A stretch of 62,858 nucleotides of DNA, the filler included, from Reclinomonas americana ATCC 50394 (taxonomy: Eukaryota), in the NCBI GenBank assembly GCA_048213135.1. It is 43 parts of 43 records of this genome, joined end to end, with 100 filler letters (N's around TTAATTAATTAA, not from the genome) between each part and the next. Parts side by side here need not be neighbours in the genome. Positions count along the whole stretch, not along the records: positions 22,057 to 23,424 come from AFZH01025739.1; positions 23,525 to 24,892 come from AFZH01025740.1; positions 24,993 to 26,359 come from AFZH01025741.1; positions 26,460 to 27,823 come from AFZH01025742.1; positions 27,924 to 29,291 come from AFZH01025743.1; positions 29,392 to 30,757 come from AFZH01025744.1; positions 30,858 to 32,223 come from AFZH01025745.1; positions 32,324 to 33,687 come from AFZH01025746.1; 35 more parts are not named here. One strand, 5' to 3'. The notes beneath the pieces were generated by a model. It saw only the letters and a list, made by a program, of their open reading frames with translations, searched no databases and was not told where the DNA came from. This document shows positions 23,286 through 35,580 of this stretch, piece after piece (the first letter of the stretch is position 1; each line of letters starts with the position of its first letter). A program made the translations under genes and the position numbers.

Positions 23286-24147
23286 CTGCACAAGGGGAAG
23301 TGAGTAAGTGAGGAAGGGAGAGGGGAGAGGGGAGGGAGAGGGAGAGGGAGAGGGAAGAGGGAGGAGGGAAGAGGGAGAGGGAGAGGGAGAGGGAGAGGGA
23401 GAGGGAGAGGGAGAGGGAGAGGGANNNNNNNNNNNNNNNNNNNNNNNNNNNNNNNNNNNNNNNNNNNNTTAATTAATTAANNNNNNNNNNNNNNNNNNNN
23501 NNNNNNNNNNNNNNNNNNNNNNNNTGGAGAACGAACGAGAAGGAAAGAGCGTCTCGTTTTTCTGCCACGAAGAAACGAGGCGAGGGATGCTGCTTCAGAT
23601 TACATGCCGCTCGCAGGTGAAGCGAGAGGCGGACCAAAGCGTCGCTGAAGGAGCAAGGGAGGTGTACACCAACGTGCCAGCGACGCGACGAGGAAGTGAT
23701 CAGCGAAGAAACACGCTTCATAGTACTTTCTCTTTTTCTCACTTACTCATTCGACTCTCCCCCCGATCTTGCGCATGTACAGGGTGCATCGAGAGTTGAG
23801 CGTGAGTAGCACAAGGGAGCAAGGGAGGAAATGTCAAATGTCGGTATATGCGAGCGACACGACGAGGAAGTGATCAGGGAATGCTGATTCTCACTCATAC
23901 ACTCTCTCGCGGATGGGTGTCCGCCGTGCATTGAGAGACGAGTGTGAAAACGACGGACAGGGCGCCACAGAGTGGCAGCAACACCCGTGAGCCTGGGAGT
24001 GCCAGCGACACGAACAGGCTTCGCTTATCCCAAAGGAACGCGCCAAGCGGTGCTAGTTCTGATTCTATCTCGCAGTCCCTCTCTCCTTCCCCCTCGGTTC
24101 CCTTCTCCCTGTCCTCCCCGTCACCCCTTTCCCCCTTTCGCCACCCA

Positions 24148-24784
24148 CCTGCAACTCCTCATCCGACAACATGCGCTTCACCGACGACGAGTTTTCCCTC
24201 GACACCACATATCGCGGCATCGGCACGCCCGCACTGGCCAGCACCTGGTACATTTGCGCCCGATTCGAGAACCACATTTGCTCTCGCAATCCATTCACCA
24301 TGAACGGCCGATGCATCGCCTCGTACTCAAACGCTGCACGCCAACGTCAGTTGCGCATGGGGCGAAGCACTAGAGCACACACATAGACGCGCGCACCCTT
24401 GTCCATGGGGAATCCGTGACATTGAAAGCAAATGAGCGCATCGCAGCGCGGCCAGTCGACCACCGGCAGCGTCAGAATCACCTGATCGCCGAAATACACA
24501 AACTCAAACACGCCGTCGGGATTCATGTGCGCAATGATTTCCCGCATCGGTCGACACCTACAAGCAACAACACCAACAAACAATCAATAAATATACAAGC
24601 ATCAATACAGTGCTGATTAGCCGACGGTCCGCTTACGTAAATGATGAGAGAGCGGCATGATAAGGAGAAGGGCAAAGCGAGAGAATCGGTGTGTGTAAAA
24701 GAGGGAGAGTACATGTGATCAACGCGACGTGTAATCGACAGATAAGTCGACTAGTTGGACGCCTAACTCGCGCCTTGCTTTCCA

Positions 24785-24785
<1 letters not shown>
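24148..24785 (-). CDS. VIP1: PPIP5K/Vip1 inositol pyrophosphate kinase, N-terminal domain, multi-exon, partial
   Basis: MESKAR..RPMREII, FGDQVILTLPVVDWPRCDALICFQCHGFPMDK and RPFMVNGLREQMWFSNRAQMYQVLASAGVPMPRY match the Vip1 N-terminus. Confidence 0.85.
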
Positions 24786-24852
<67 letters not shown>

Positions 24853-25119
24853 TAGTGTGTGTGAGTAGTGTGTGTGTGTGTGTGTGTCGTGTNNNNNNNN
24901 NNNNNNNNNNNNNNNNNNNNNNNNNNNNNNNNNNNNTTAATTAATTAANNNNNNNNNNNNNNNNNNNNNNNNNNNNNNNNNNNNNNNNNNNNTCGATCCC
25001 ACATGCGCCCTGCCGACGCGCTCCCTGAGATCGGCGACAACAAAAAAGCAAGTAGAGGTTACGTCTCAAGCACAGGAGGCACGGAGGGTATGAGCGGGAA
25101 AAAAGAAGACGAAACTACC

Positions 25120-26170
25120 CAGCGGTCCGGGAGAGGGATCGCGTGAGGTCACACCACTGACGCGGCGTGCGCCCAGCGACGGCAACGATGATGTGTGCTC
25201 CAAAGTGGCACCCTTGGGCCCAGCTCCAGCTCCAGCTACAGCGCCACCACTCCCAAACGAGCGCCGAGGTCGTCGAGGAGCGTCGCCGGAAGAAGCAGTC
25301 TGAGGTCGCGGGAGCGGAGCAGCCGGTGACGGCGACGATGCTTCGTCGAGCAGAGGCGGAAGCGTAGGGTCCGACTGACGTCGGGCATTGCCACGCACCG
25401 TGACATGAACCCGCACGTCCGACTTCTCCTCGTCCTTTATGTACACACAGACGCGAGGGTGGGTCAGCAAATTGGTGCCATTGATTGCTGTATCCAATCT
25501 ACCTGCAGCAGAGCGTCGTACAGAATGCCGCCGGACTCCTGCGCGTGCAACAGTGCGTGCTTCCACCACACCGTCTTGATGGCCGACTCCACACAGTTGC
25601 CCTGTGATGCGTGATTGGGCCAAATCAGTATTTCAATCAACTTGCTACGGACCTTGCCCCCAGTCGAACACACTCATTTTCCACTCTCATCACAAACACC
25701 CTGTCTCAACACACACTCTCGTGTCACACTCACCGTAAGCTGTTCCAGACAGAGCTCGTACAACGCCAGTGTGTCAGAGCGCAAACCAAGCACATCGGCG
25801 TCGGAGATAACGCGTGCCACCCGAGACGCCTATCGAATCAGTTACACAAATGAGTCTCACTTTCACACACAAGGCGCGTGTGTGTCTGTGTGCGAGTGTG
25901 TGCGTGTGAGAGAGAGGGGAGTGGAGACGAAACTCGAGCCTCCCATTCACGGGGAGAGTCCTGCATCAATCGATCTTCTCTCGTGCGATACAATAATGCG
26001 AAAAGCTGCGCGAGCAATGAAACCGTCGCAGAATGTCCCCATACCTCCAAAGGTCGACCAAGACTTGCCCCAGCTCCCAAAGGAGCTGCAAACTAAAGCA
26101 GATGCTAGCTGGAATACGAAGCTGCATTCTACCTGCAAAGTACTGTGATTCTCTTCGAACTGCAGCTGCA
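25120..26170 (-). CDS. Unknown multi-exon protein, partial
   Basis: GT-AG-bounded exons ASRVARVISDADVLGLRSDTLALYELCLEQLT and GNCVESAIKTVWWKHALLHAQESGGILYDALLQ. Confidence 0.4.
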
Positions 26171-26639
26171 GACAACTTGGCTCACTCTCCGACACATGTA
26201 CAAAGTCACCAGGCCTTCATGCACGCGCAGCCGTGCTTGCCGTCATGAATAAACCTCGGCTGCTGTCTTCATTCTAATAGCCCTCCCCCTCGAAACCCTG
26301 TCTCCCTGCATCTACATCTGCATCTGCAACCTTCATCCACCACGATTGCGCCGGCGACCNNNNNNNNNNNNNNNNNNNNNNNNNNNNNNNNNNNNNNNNN
26401 NNNTTAATTAATTAANNNNNNNNNNNNNNNNNNNNNNNNNNNNNNNNNNNNNNNNNNNNTCCTCCACAACTCCTCCTCCTCCTCCTCCCTTCCCGACTCC
26501 ACCATATCTCTCTGGTGACCTGTGTGTGCGTGGGCGTGCTCAAAAAACAGGTTGGTGGCTGTTGCATTTTGTGTGTGTGTTTGGTGTGTTTGGTTTCGCA
26601 TGACCCAAATATAGCCACTCTTTACACAAAAAAACAGTC

Positions 26640-27780
26640 ATGACGTTTCCATACAACGGCGACTATGGCCTGGGTGGCTTTGGTGGCATGTCGGAGGGCT
26701 ACGAGGAGGACTCCAGCTTCCCGGTGTCCATGGCGACGCCGGAGCTGGGGATGTGCTTCTGGAGTGCGTTGCCGGCGCCGGCTGTGACGCCAATGGACTT
26801 TAGTTCGCAGTCACCACCTCCGCCTCCGCCACCACCACCACCAGCAACACCCACCGCCGCCGCCGCCGCACCTCCTGTTCACCAGCAGTCGCCGGTGCCG
26901 CGTCCGCCCACACAGCACTCGGCGGCGGCACTGAGCTGCAGTCTGCCGCCACCGCCTGTGCTGCCGCCGATGGTGCTGCCGAGTGCCAGCGCGTGGGCGC
27001 CATATAGCGCCAACGTGCCGGCGTCGCTGCGCATTCGCTTCAAGAAGTGCAAGTCGACGGCGGAGGCCTACGCCGACCATGTGCCGCACTCGCTCGAGTC
27101 CAACCCCTACAAGTGGCACATGGAGCTGTCGGTGCCGTGCGGCGGCCTCGTGCCGCACATGGCGCGGGTGTACTTGGTGAAGGAGTCCATGGAGGTGGTG
27201 CCGCTCACCCCCGGCAAGCCCGCCAATATCACGGGCGAGACGGGGCTGTTTGACCCGGCCGAGGGCACATGCCGCCTGACGCTGACTCTGTTTGCCCTCA
27301 CCCATAATGTGCGTCGTCGTCGTTGAATCCGCTCTGGCTTCTGTTGTACTGTGCACTCACTTGTCTGTGCAGCATGGGGGCAGCAGGTTCCGCTTCGTGG
27401 TACACGTCGAGTCGGCCAACGGCGCGCAATTTGTGGAGGTGACGTCGACGCCCTTCACGATTGTGGCCAAGCGTCGCGACAAGAAGCCGGCGGCTACCGC
27501 TGCTGGCACCAAGCGGTCGGCCGCGAAGATTGAGGTCGACAGCGGCGACGATGACGATGACGACGACGATGAAGAAGAGGCACCGTCGTTGGCCGTCAAG
27601 CGCGCTCGGACAGCCACCAGCAGCAGCAACCGCCGTCGCACCTCCACCGCCGCCAGCGTCACTGACTTGCCGCGCAATCCGTCGGTAGAGGATCTGCGGC
27701 GGTTGGTGTTGTCGCTGTCGGAGGAGTCGCGCCGCGTGCTGCAGCGGTGCCTGGAGGAGACGGCAGCTGCTGGCCAGTAA
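26640..27780 (+). CDS. Complete two-exon gene (358 aa), putative Ig-fold (CudA/Ndt80/velvet-like) transcription factor
   Basis: ATG 26640, intron 27309-27372 (GT..AG, 64 nt), TAA 27780. Acidic/Pro-rich N-terminus; beta-rich core ending LTHNHGGSRFRFVVHVE...VEVTSTPFTIVAKRR; basic NLS-like clusters. Gene model is solid, function is inferred. Confidence 0.6.
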
Positions 27781-27984
27781 GGCCCGCTCCCCTACACACA
27801 CATATACCCCCCTCTTCCTCTTTNNNNNNNNNNNNNNNNNNNNNNNNNNNNNNNNNNNNNNNNNNNNTTAATTAATTAANNNNNNNNNNNNNNNNNNNNN
27901 NNNNNNNNNNNNNNNNNNNNNNNTCTCTCCTGCTCCCCGCTTCTTTTCTCTCTCGCTCTCTCTCTCTCCTCCCACCAACACAGA

Positions 27985-28260
27985 TCATTGGTCGCCTTTT
28001 TGCTTGTATGCTCTCGCGGCGGTGTGCACCCGAGTCACTGGACATGCGCGACACGTTTGGCGTGGAGATCCCGGCGGTGCGCCTGCAAGACCTGCTGTTC
28101 TGCCTCTTCAACGATGCACTGTTGGTGGTGCGTGCGCTGCCGGGACAGAAGGCGCAGTGCAATAACTTGGTGGCGGAGGCCGGCATTGTGGACACGTCGC
28201 ATGCGGAGTTTTGCATGCCGGCGGCCGCCGCTGTCATGGCGGAGGATGAGGAGTTGCGTG
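27985..28260 (+). CDS. Exon of an unknown protein, possibly PH-like
   Basis: Acceptor cacag; DLLFCLFNDALLVVR resembles the PH-domain LFND.LL strand. Confidence 0.35.
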
Positions 28261-28940
28261 GCAAGGGGGAGAGGACAAGAGGGACAGGGGAGGGGAGAGC
28301 AAGCTGCCACCGATACCGTGCGTCACAACAGTGCTGAGCAGGCTGTGAGGGTGGAGTAATCATCAACACACATTGCACACGCGCAGACGATCAAACACTC
28401 TCACGCACACACCTTCGCCGCAGTGCGGTAGGTGCTGAGAGAGCAGCTCTTTGGCTTCACAGTCGCAGCAACACCACGCATCTTTGCGCGCCCACCGCGA
28501 CGAACAGTGCGTTGGCTCTCAGGGCACTGGAACGCTTGGAGGTGAGGATTATTGTGCTCTGGTAGAAGTCGGACCATGCTCAGTCGGCCTCATTGATATG
28601 AAGTGCGGGGACAGACTTACATATCATGTCCTCCTTTGTGATCGCAGTCTAGTCGACGTGGACGAGCATGTTGCGTGCTCTCCGCTCATCCGTCTGCAAC
28701 GCAGGCCACGCGGTGCTGAAAATGCTGACATCAACTGGCGGTGTGTGTGTGTGTGTGTGTGCGTGTGCGTGTGCACGTGTGTGTGTGTTGCGTAAAAGAG
28801 AGAACTAAATCAAGTGTGTGGCCACACTCGCAGCACGCGCGTGCACGAGTACAACTCCCGCCGTCTTCCTGCCGTCGCGCGATGGTTTGTCAGCAGCAGC
28901 GCGTAGCTTATGTAAATGTGACCCTCTGACCGATCACCAT

Positions 28941-29010
28941 CCAGCTGTTGTCGTCCGTGACCTGCCGTCGGTTGTACTTGGTGAGCTCTCTCTCTCACAC
29001 ACACGCGCAC

Positions 29011-29042
<32 letters not shown>

Positions 29043-29176
29043 TCTTTTTCTCACTCTCTCTCACTCTCTCTTCCTCTCACTCTCTCTCTCTCTCTTCCTC
29101 TCTCTCTCTCACCCACACTCTTCCTCTTACAGCTGTTGTCGTCCGTGACCTGCCCTCGGTTGTACTTGGTGAGCTC
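28941..29176 (+). repeat. Tandemly duplicated 36-nt micro-exon with intact splice sites
   Basis: cag|CTGTTGTCGTCCGTGACCTGCC(G/C)TCGGTTGTACTTG|gtgagc at 28945-28980 and 29133-29168. Confidence 0.75.
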
Positions 29177-29190
29177 TCTCTCTGTCTTTT

Positions 29191-29222
<32 letters not shown>

Positions 29223-29817
29223 TCTCTTCCTCTCCTTCTGTTTCTCTTTCTCTCTCTGTCTCTTCTCTCTTTCTCCTTCTCTCTCTCTTCTNNNNNNNNN
29301 NNNNNNNNNNNNNNNNNNNNNNNNNNNNNNNNNNNTTAATTAATTAANNNNNNNNNNNNNNNNNNNNNNNNNNNNNNNNNNNNNNNNNNNNGAGAGAGAG
29401 AGAGAGAGAACTGAGTGTGTATGGAGCCACGCAGGCTGGTCATCGGACTGTCTTGCTTCTGCTCGTCGCCTGGCTTCTATTCGTTCACCTGGTGCTTTGT
29501 ATCTCCTGCACTCAAGTTCCGACCGTGGTTAGTTTGCCGTTGTTTACTTCCTCTGGGAAGCCGGAAAGCTTTGAAGAGAGAAAGAGCGTGTGTGTGTGCG
29601 TGTGAGAGAGAGGATGCGAGGAATGAGTGAGTACGATTCGGATTCGCCGTTGCTCGTCGCCCGTCTTCTGTTCGGTTTTCTGATGCTTGTTTGCCGTGCT
29701 TTGCTCCCGCGGAATGCTGACAGAGAGAAATAGAAAAAGCGGACGAAACAAGAAAAAGAGCGTTCCATTGCCGTCTCACTTTCCCTTCTCCCCCCTCCTC
29801 TCCCCCACCTCCAACAG

Positions 29818-30162
29818 GGTCAATTCTTCGCCGTCAAAGCCGTCTCCGAGAACTTTGGTGTGGGACCGGACTCGGTGTGCGATCCAGTGGCACGGGAAAA
29901 GGTGGTGGTGCGCGCTCTGCGAAGATTCCAGATCCAGAGCCCAGTGCCGAGTGCCACGCATGTGTTGCAATACTACGGAACGTTCACCAGCGGTGATCAA
30001 GTGTGTTTTGTGTTGGAGGTGAGCCGTGGGTGGCAGTGTTGGTGGATAGTGCGGTTGCAGCGAGCGCGCACTGAGAATGTTATGCAGTACATGGACTGGG
30101 GATCACTGGAGGACATTTGCCACAGATTTGGGTTTGCGAACTTGCCGGAGGAAGTGCTGCAG
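29818..30162 (+). CDS. STE7/MAP2K-like protein kinase, N-lobe exons
   Basis: GQFFAVK...HVLQYYGTFTSGDQVCFVLE|YMDWGSLEDI...LPEEVLQ. Confidence 0.75.
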
Positions 30163-30703
30163 GTGAGGAACGGAGAGAGAGCGCAAGAGGGACGGGGAGA
30201 GCGAGCGAGCGAGAGAGAGAGAGGAGGGAGACGCTGCTGATGATTGCCTCGGCGCCTTGTTACTCCTCTCATGCCCTCTCGTAGTAGACATCCTACAACT
30301 TTATTCTTCACTCTTGTGGCCCGCCGTGAATTTGGCGTGACTGTTTCTCTCTGGTTCTTATCCTTACCGATTACATCTTCGCGGCGCCTTTCCCTGTCCT
30401 CCTCGGTGCTCTCCACCGTGAACGGCAAGACTCGCTATTTCTCTCTGTTCCTCAATCCCTCTTCTCGAATGGTTCCAATGTTCTAAGGGAGCTTGGGTTG
30501 TGCTTGCCTCTTCCGTGCTCTGCTGTTCTTCACTCCCTTGTACTGCCCGCTGTTCCTCTCCATTCCATATTTACCTCATCTTGAAATGCATCGCGCTTCT
30601 CAGGTTGATCACGGTGCGGTTTACCTCCACGTTTTTCTGTCGCTCGCCACTTTCTTCCGCTGTCCGCCTCGTTGTTCTCCACAGAGGACAGCAAAACGCA
30701 TTC

Positions 30704-30757
<54 letters not shown>

Positions 30758-30894
30758 NNNNNNNNNNNNNNNNNNNNNNNNNNNNNNNNNNNNNNNNNNN
30801 NTTAATTAATTAANNNNNNNNNNNNNNNNNNNNNNNNNNNNNNNNNNNNNNNNNNNNGGAGAGAGAGGGTGAGAGAGAGAGAGAAAGACAGGGA

Positions 30895-31420
30895 GGGAAA
30901 GGCTGCGTGGCACTCGGTGGTGATGTGACATCGGAAAAGGACAACGAGAATAGAGACTGCGAATCAATGCGAGAGAGAGAGAGAGAGAAAGAGGGAGAGA
31001 GAGGGGTGAGGGAGAGAAAGGGGGAGAGAGAGGTTGCGTGGTACTTGGTGGTGGTGATGCTGTGACATCGGAATGTGAAAGAGGTAGATCAGACCGAGAG
31101 GATGACAACGAGTGCCAGATCTTCGTGCATTTGAACGGAGAGGGAGAGGGAGAGGGAGAGGGAGAGGGGGAGGGGGAGGGAGAGAGAAAGAGGGCGACGG
31201 AGAGGGAGAGGGAGAGGGAGAGGGAGAGGGAGAAAGCAGCAGCAGTCGGCTCTTGCGGCGCTGATGGTGTTGAGAAAGCATTAGCAGACTCATGAGTGAC
31301 AGACTTACAGCGAGTGCCGGAAAGCGAGTTTGTGTGTAGGAGAGAGAGAGAGAGAGCGAGAGAGAGAGAGGGCTCTCGCAGCACCAGGTGGTGCTGGTGT
31401 GACATTAAGAAAGGGGATTA
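30895..31420. repeat. Degenerate repeats embedded in GA tracts
   Basis: GGTGGTG...TGTGACAT(C/T) core near 30916, 31047 and 31386. Confidence 0.45.
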
Positions 31421-31622
31421 TCAGAGTGGGGAGTTATACAACGAGTCGGCAAGCGTGCACAGTTGCACGAGAGAGAAAGAGAGAGCTTGTACCGAACCCA
31501 GAAAGTGCTGCACAGCGACACAGTGGAGAGGGATAGCCTGTCAAGACTTTTGTCAATACATCAAAAGGCTTCTGAGCGCACATGAGGAGCAGAGCATAAT
31601 TGCTGACGCTTGTTGTGCACAG

Positions 31623-31979
31623 AGACCTGCGCGGCACTGCCCCACCTGAACATTCCGCAACCGACTCGGGAGGATGCCAGGAAGCTGCTGAAGGGCGAGT
31701 ACTCATGCACGCCAACCACAATCTGTTATTGTTGATACTCATCACCACCTTGTGCAGAGCTCGACAGGAACAACTCTGGTCACCTGGAGTACAGCGAGTT
31801 CGCGGTGTTTGTGGAGCGCGTGTTGCGTCATTGCCTTCACCAACATCGCAATCGTTGTTCGCAAGTCGGCGCTTACTTTACCCACTCCTGCCAGGTACAT
31901 TGCCTCGGCCGAGCTGGGCTTCTTGACGCAGATGCAGGCCATGCAGGAGGCGGCGGCGGCTGCTGCTGCCGGCCATTGA
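31623..31979 (+). CDS. EF-hand protein, 3' exons
   Basis: LNIPQPTREDARKLLKE|LDRNNSGHLEYSEFAVFV gives a canonical EF-hand loop; requires a GC-AG intron at 31695-31757. Confidence 0.75.
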
Positions 31980-32330
31980 TGCCCAGAGGAAAATATTGTG
32001 TTGGACGAATCGGCGTTCGCTTGTAAACTGTAAGTAAAATCGAAGCATTGGCGGAGGCGGAGAACAGCAGTCTCAGCTGTTCGCTCTTGTCCACCACGCA
32101 CTGAGAAGGCGCGGGGCCCTCGACGTCAGAACCGTCTGTCAGTCTGTTGGTAAGTGAAGTCCCCGGGGACTTTGAACATCACGGCAATCCCGGCATTTGA
32201 GAGAGAGAGAGAGAGAGAGATCTNNNNNNNNNNNNNNNNNNNNNNNNNNNNNNNNNNNNNNNNNNNNTTAATTAATTAANNNNNNNNNNNNNNNNNNNNN
32301 NNNNNNNNNNNNNNNNNNNNNNNACGAAAC

Positions 32331-32412
<82 letters not shown>

Positions 32413-32531
32413 GATAAGTCGCCCTACGTTGCGACGCCACAAATTGGCCACGAATGCATCGCGGTCTGCAGCGAGAAGAGAGTGAGCCAACAAGGAAGAA
32501 GCAACATACTGAGTGAGAGAGTTAAACTAAC

Positions 32532-33663
32532 CTTCCAGAGCAGCCGCTGACGACGGGCCGAACGTACCCAATGGTCGCACCTCGCCCGACAGTCCATTCG
32601 TGCCCACACCGTGCTGCAATTCTCGGTTAGGAGCTGCCAGACTCGAGACACACGGACATAGACAAACGCAACATTGGCGAAGCTGCTGTTGCCTCCACTG
32701 GGTACACGCTGCAGCACCGAGTGTGGTGCACTAGCGTGCGATGGCGACGGCACGGCTGCGTGGCGTATACCAAGAGTGAGGTTTTTTCCAGGCAGCGCGC
32801 GTCATTTCGAGTTTGACGCAACTACCGGAGGAACCACCGTTGCCATACGACGAGGCGACGGCGGTGGCCGCCGACATGATACTACCGGCAGTGCCGGTGG
32901 GCACGGCGGCGGCAGAACCTGTGGCAAAGGAGGAAGCCTGTGCACAGAGACGAACGACTCAGCGAAAATGAACACGAGACAAACGTAAACACGCGCTCGA
33001 ACGCTCACCGGCGTGGCACCAGGCATTGGACTGCTCAGCACACCGCCACCAGACGAAAACCCCGCAGACGCCGTCGCAGGTACCGTCGTTGCCGATGATG
33101 CTCCGGCTGCCGCAGTGGCGGAGGCACTCACCGAGCTGGCCGCAGCCGACGTCGGCGCCGACGACGACGACAAGGCAGACGACGAGGAGGAGGCCTGAAA
33201 GTTGGACGACTCGAGCGAGCGCACCACCAGCTGTCGAACGTGGCTCAGCACCTGGACAGAGTGCAACAGTGAGTGGCAATGAGAGAGAGAGAGAGAGAGA
33301 GAACGCGGCTCCGACCGGTACCTTGGAGAGGCGCGATGAGGAGCTTTGTGGGTACTCGGCCTGCAGTTGCTGCGCCGCCTGATCGATGCGCCACAGAATC
33401 TCTACACTCGGCGGAGGCTACACCACGGGAAAACAGACGAACATCGAGACACACAACGAAGAATGGAAGAGAAGAGGGAGGGAGCAACAGGCCAAGCAAG
33501 GGTCAAGGGCGAGTGAGTGAGAGTGAGAGAGTGTGTGAAACAGCGACGACGACGACGACAAGTCGAACCTTGGTCATGTGTGTGCGAATAAACTCAAAGA
33601 GCGTGAGCAGCGTCTCTGGCCGATTGCCAGCCACCAACACACGCTCCAACAGACGATCATACA
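32532..33663 (-). CDS. Unknown multi-exon helical protein, partial
   Basis: Exons VYDRLLERVLVAGNRPETLLTLFEFIRTHMTK, PPPSVEILWRIDQAAQQLQAEY and VLSHVRQLVVRSLESS with GT-AG borders. Confidence 0.4.
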
Positions 33664-33787
33664 CTGCACACCAACAGAAGAACAATGNNNNNNNNNNNNN
33701 NNNNNNNNNNNNNNNNNNNNNNNNNNNNNNNTTAATTAATTAANNNNNNNNNNNNNNNNNNNNNNNNNNNNNNNNNNNNNNNNNNNN

Positions 33788-34082
33788 AGTGATTGCATCC
33801 GTAAATAACAAAGGTTTAGACTTTTGCAATAGTGAAGAGTTTACAGTTGATAAATTTGATAATGGAATGATTACTATCACGGACGGAGATAGATATATTG
33901 ACATTAAGTCAAAGGTGTTTACAAAGATGTTTCACCCTGCTTATTGCATAACCTGCCATCGTTCACAAGGCAGAACGTTTACATGTGATTATTCCATCGT
34001 TGAATGGGATTATATGGATGATATTTGCAAATATGTGGCATTGAGTCGCGCAAGATCATGTAAACAAATTTCAATCTTTTAA
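33788..34082 (+). CDS. SF1B (Pif1/RecD-like) helicase C-terminus, partial
   Basis: PAYCITCHRSQGRTF (motif V) and KYVALSRAR (motif VI). Confidence 0.85.
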
Positions 34083-34104
34083 ATTGTATTCATATATTAT
34101 TAAT

Positions 34105-35151
34105 ATGACTACTTTAGATAGTATATATGTAAAGTTCAATTATCCGGCCAGTGCAAAGCTTTATAAGTTGGCAAAGGCTGAAGGGCTAACCGTAACTATG
34201 AAAGAAGTGAAAGATTTCTTATTAAATAAAGAAGGTGCACAAATACATACTCGAAAGTTAAAGAAGGTAGAAAATCCTATTAGAACGGTAACTAAACAAA
34301 TGTCTTATCAAATGGATTTATTAGATATGACCAAGTTTAGCACCAAAAATAAAGGATTCAAATGGATTCTTATCGTGGTGGATATATTTGATAGGAAAGC
34401 TTGTGCAGATGCCTTGAAATCTAAATCACCAAATGATGTATTAGAAGGTATCAAGAAATGTTTTAATTATTTGGGCAAACCAAAGGATGTTACATCAGAT
34501 GATGGTGCTGAATGGAAAGGCGCAGTGAAAACATATTTAGAGAGTGAGAAAATAAGTCATAGGACTGCAGATGTTGGCGATCATAATGTATTAGGTATAA
34601 TTGATAGGTTTAGTAAAACATTAAAATCTATTATATATAAAAGGTTCTCTCACAATGATAATGTTGATTGGGTGCCAACATTAGATGAAACAATAAAGGC
34701 ATATAATGCGACGCCACATAGTTCATTAAATGATAGAAGTCCTAATGAAGCGGAAAAGTATTCATTTGACACGGCCATGTATCAGTATAGAAAAATACAA
34801 GAAATCGAGAAAAAGAATGAAAAGAAAAAAGATAAAATAAATGTTGGTGATAATGTTAGATATAAGTTAAAGAAGACAACATTTTCAAAAGGATATGAAC
34901 AACAATGGTCAAATACTATTCATAAAATAATTAGTAAGAATGGACAAAATTATGAATTAGATAATGGTATGTCATTAAGGGCACAAAGTTTATTGTTAGC
35001 TGGAAGTATGCCACAGCAAACACCAGTTATTAAACCTGTTGAAGTAAAGCCAAAGAAGGCGATAGTTCAAATAGATGAAGCAAAGAAACAATTACAAAGT
35101 GAAAGAAGGAAAAAGAAAGAAGATAGACCATTAACCCAGATTATTGAAGGT
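34105..35151 (+). CDS. Retroviral-like (rve) integrase of Polinton type, 3' partial
   Basis: YQMDLLDM, GFKWILIVVDIF, VTSDDGAEW, LGIIDRFSKTLK, YNATPHSSL, VGDNVR...FSKGYEQQWS; N-terminal KLYKLAK...VKDFL. Confidence 0.9.
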
Positions 35152-35580
35152 NNNNNNNNNNNNNNNNNNNNNNNNNNNNNNNNNNNNNNNNNNNNTTAAT
35201 TAATTAANNNNNNNNNNNNNNNNNNNNNNNNNNNNNNNNNNNNNNNNNNNNACACCTCTTCCCTCTTTCCGTCTCTCTCTCTCTCTCTCTCTCTGGTGTT
35301 CATTCTTTGGATCCGCGTAACCACTGGGCACGGCCTGTCAAATACCTACATGACTGAGATCGTAATCGTTATGGCCGCGGAGAATGACTTGTATCGACTC
35401 TCTTCATCGCGCTTTTTGGCACTTGCAATTGCCTCCGTGCGGGGTCAAAGAGAAGGGACTCGCACATTTTTTGATCCCTGTTCCTTGTACTTTTTTCTTC
35501 CTTTACTTTTCCTTTCTTTCTTTCCTGGTTGCGCGCATTTTTTTGGTGCTGACTTGCGTCATTGTTGGGGGAAACTCCAG

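Larger units (their letters stand above)
33788..35151 (+). mobile_element. Fragment of a Polinton/Maverick-like (PLV) dsDNA virus or endogenous viral element
   Basis: Markedly AT-rich and intronless in a GC-rich host set; tightly packed SF1 helicase and rve integrase with Polinton-type termini. Confidence 0.75.

Noticed and set aside
31742..32101. Minus-strand FDFTYSLQAN resembling a SAC phosphatase motif
   Set aside because: No other SAC motifs; the plus strand has a convincing spliced EF-hand gene.
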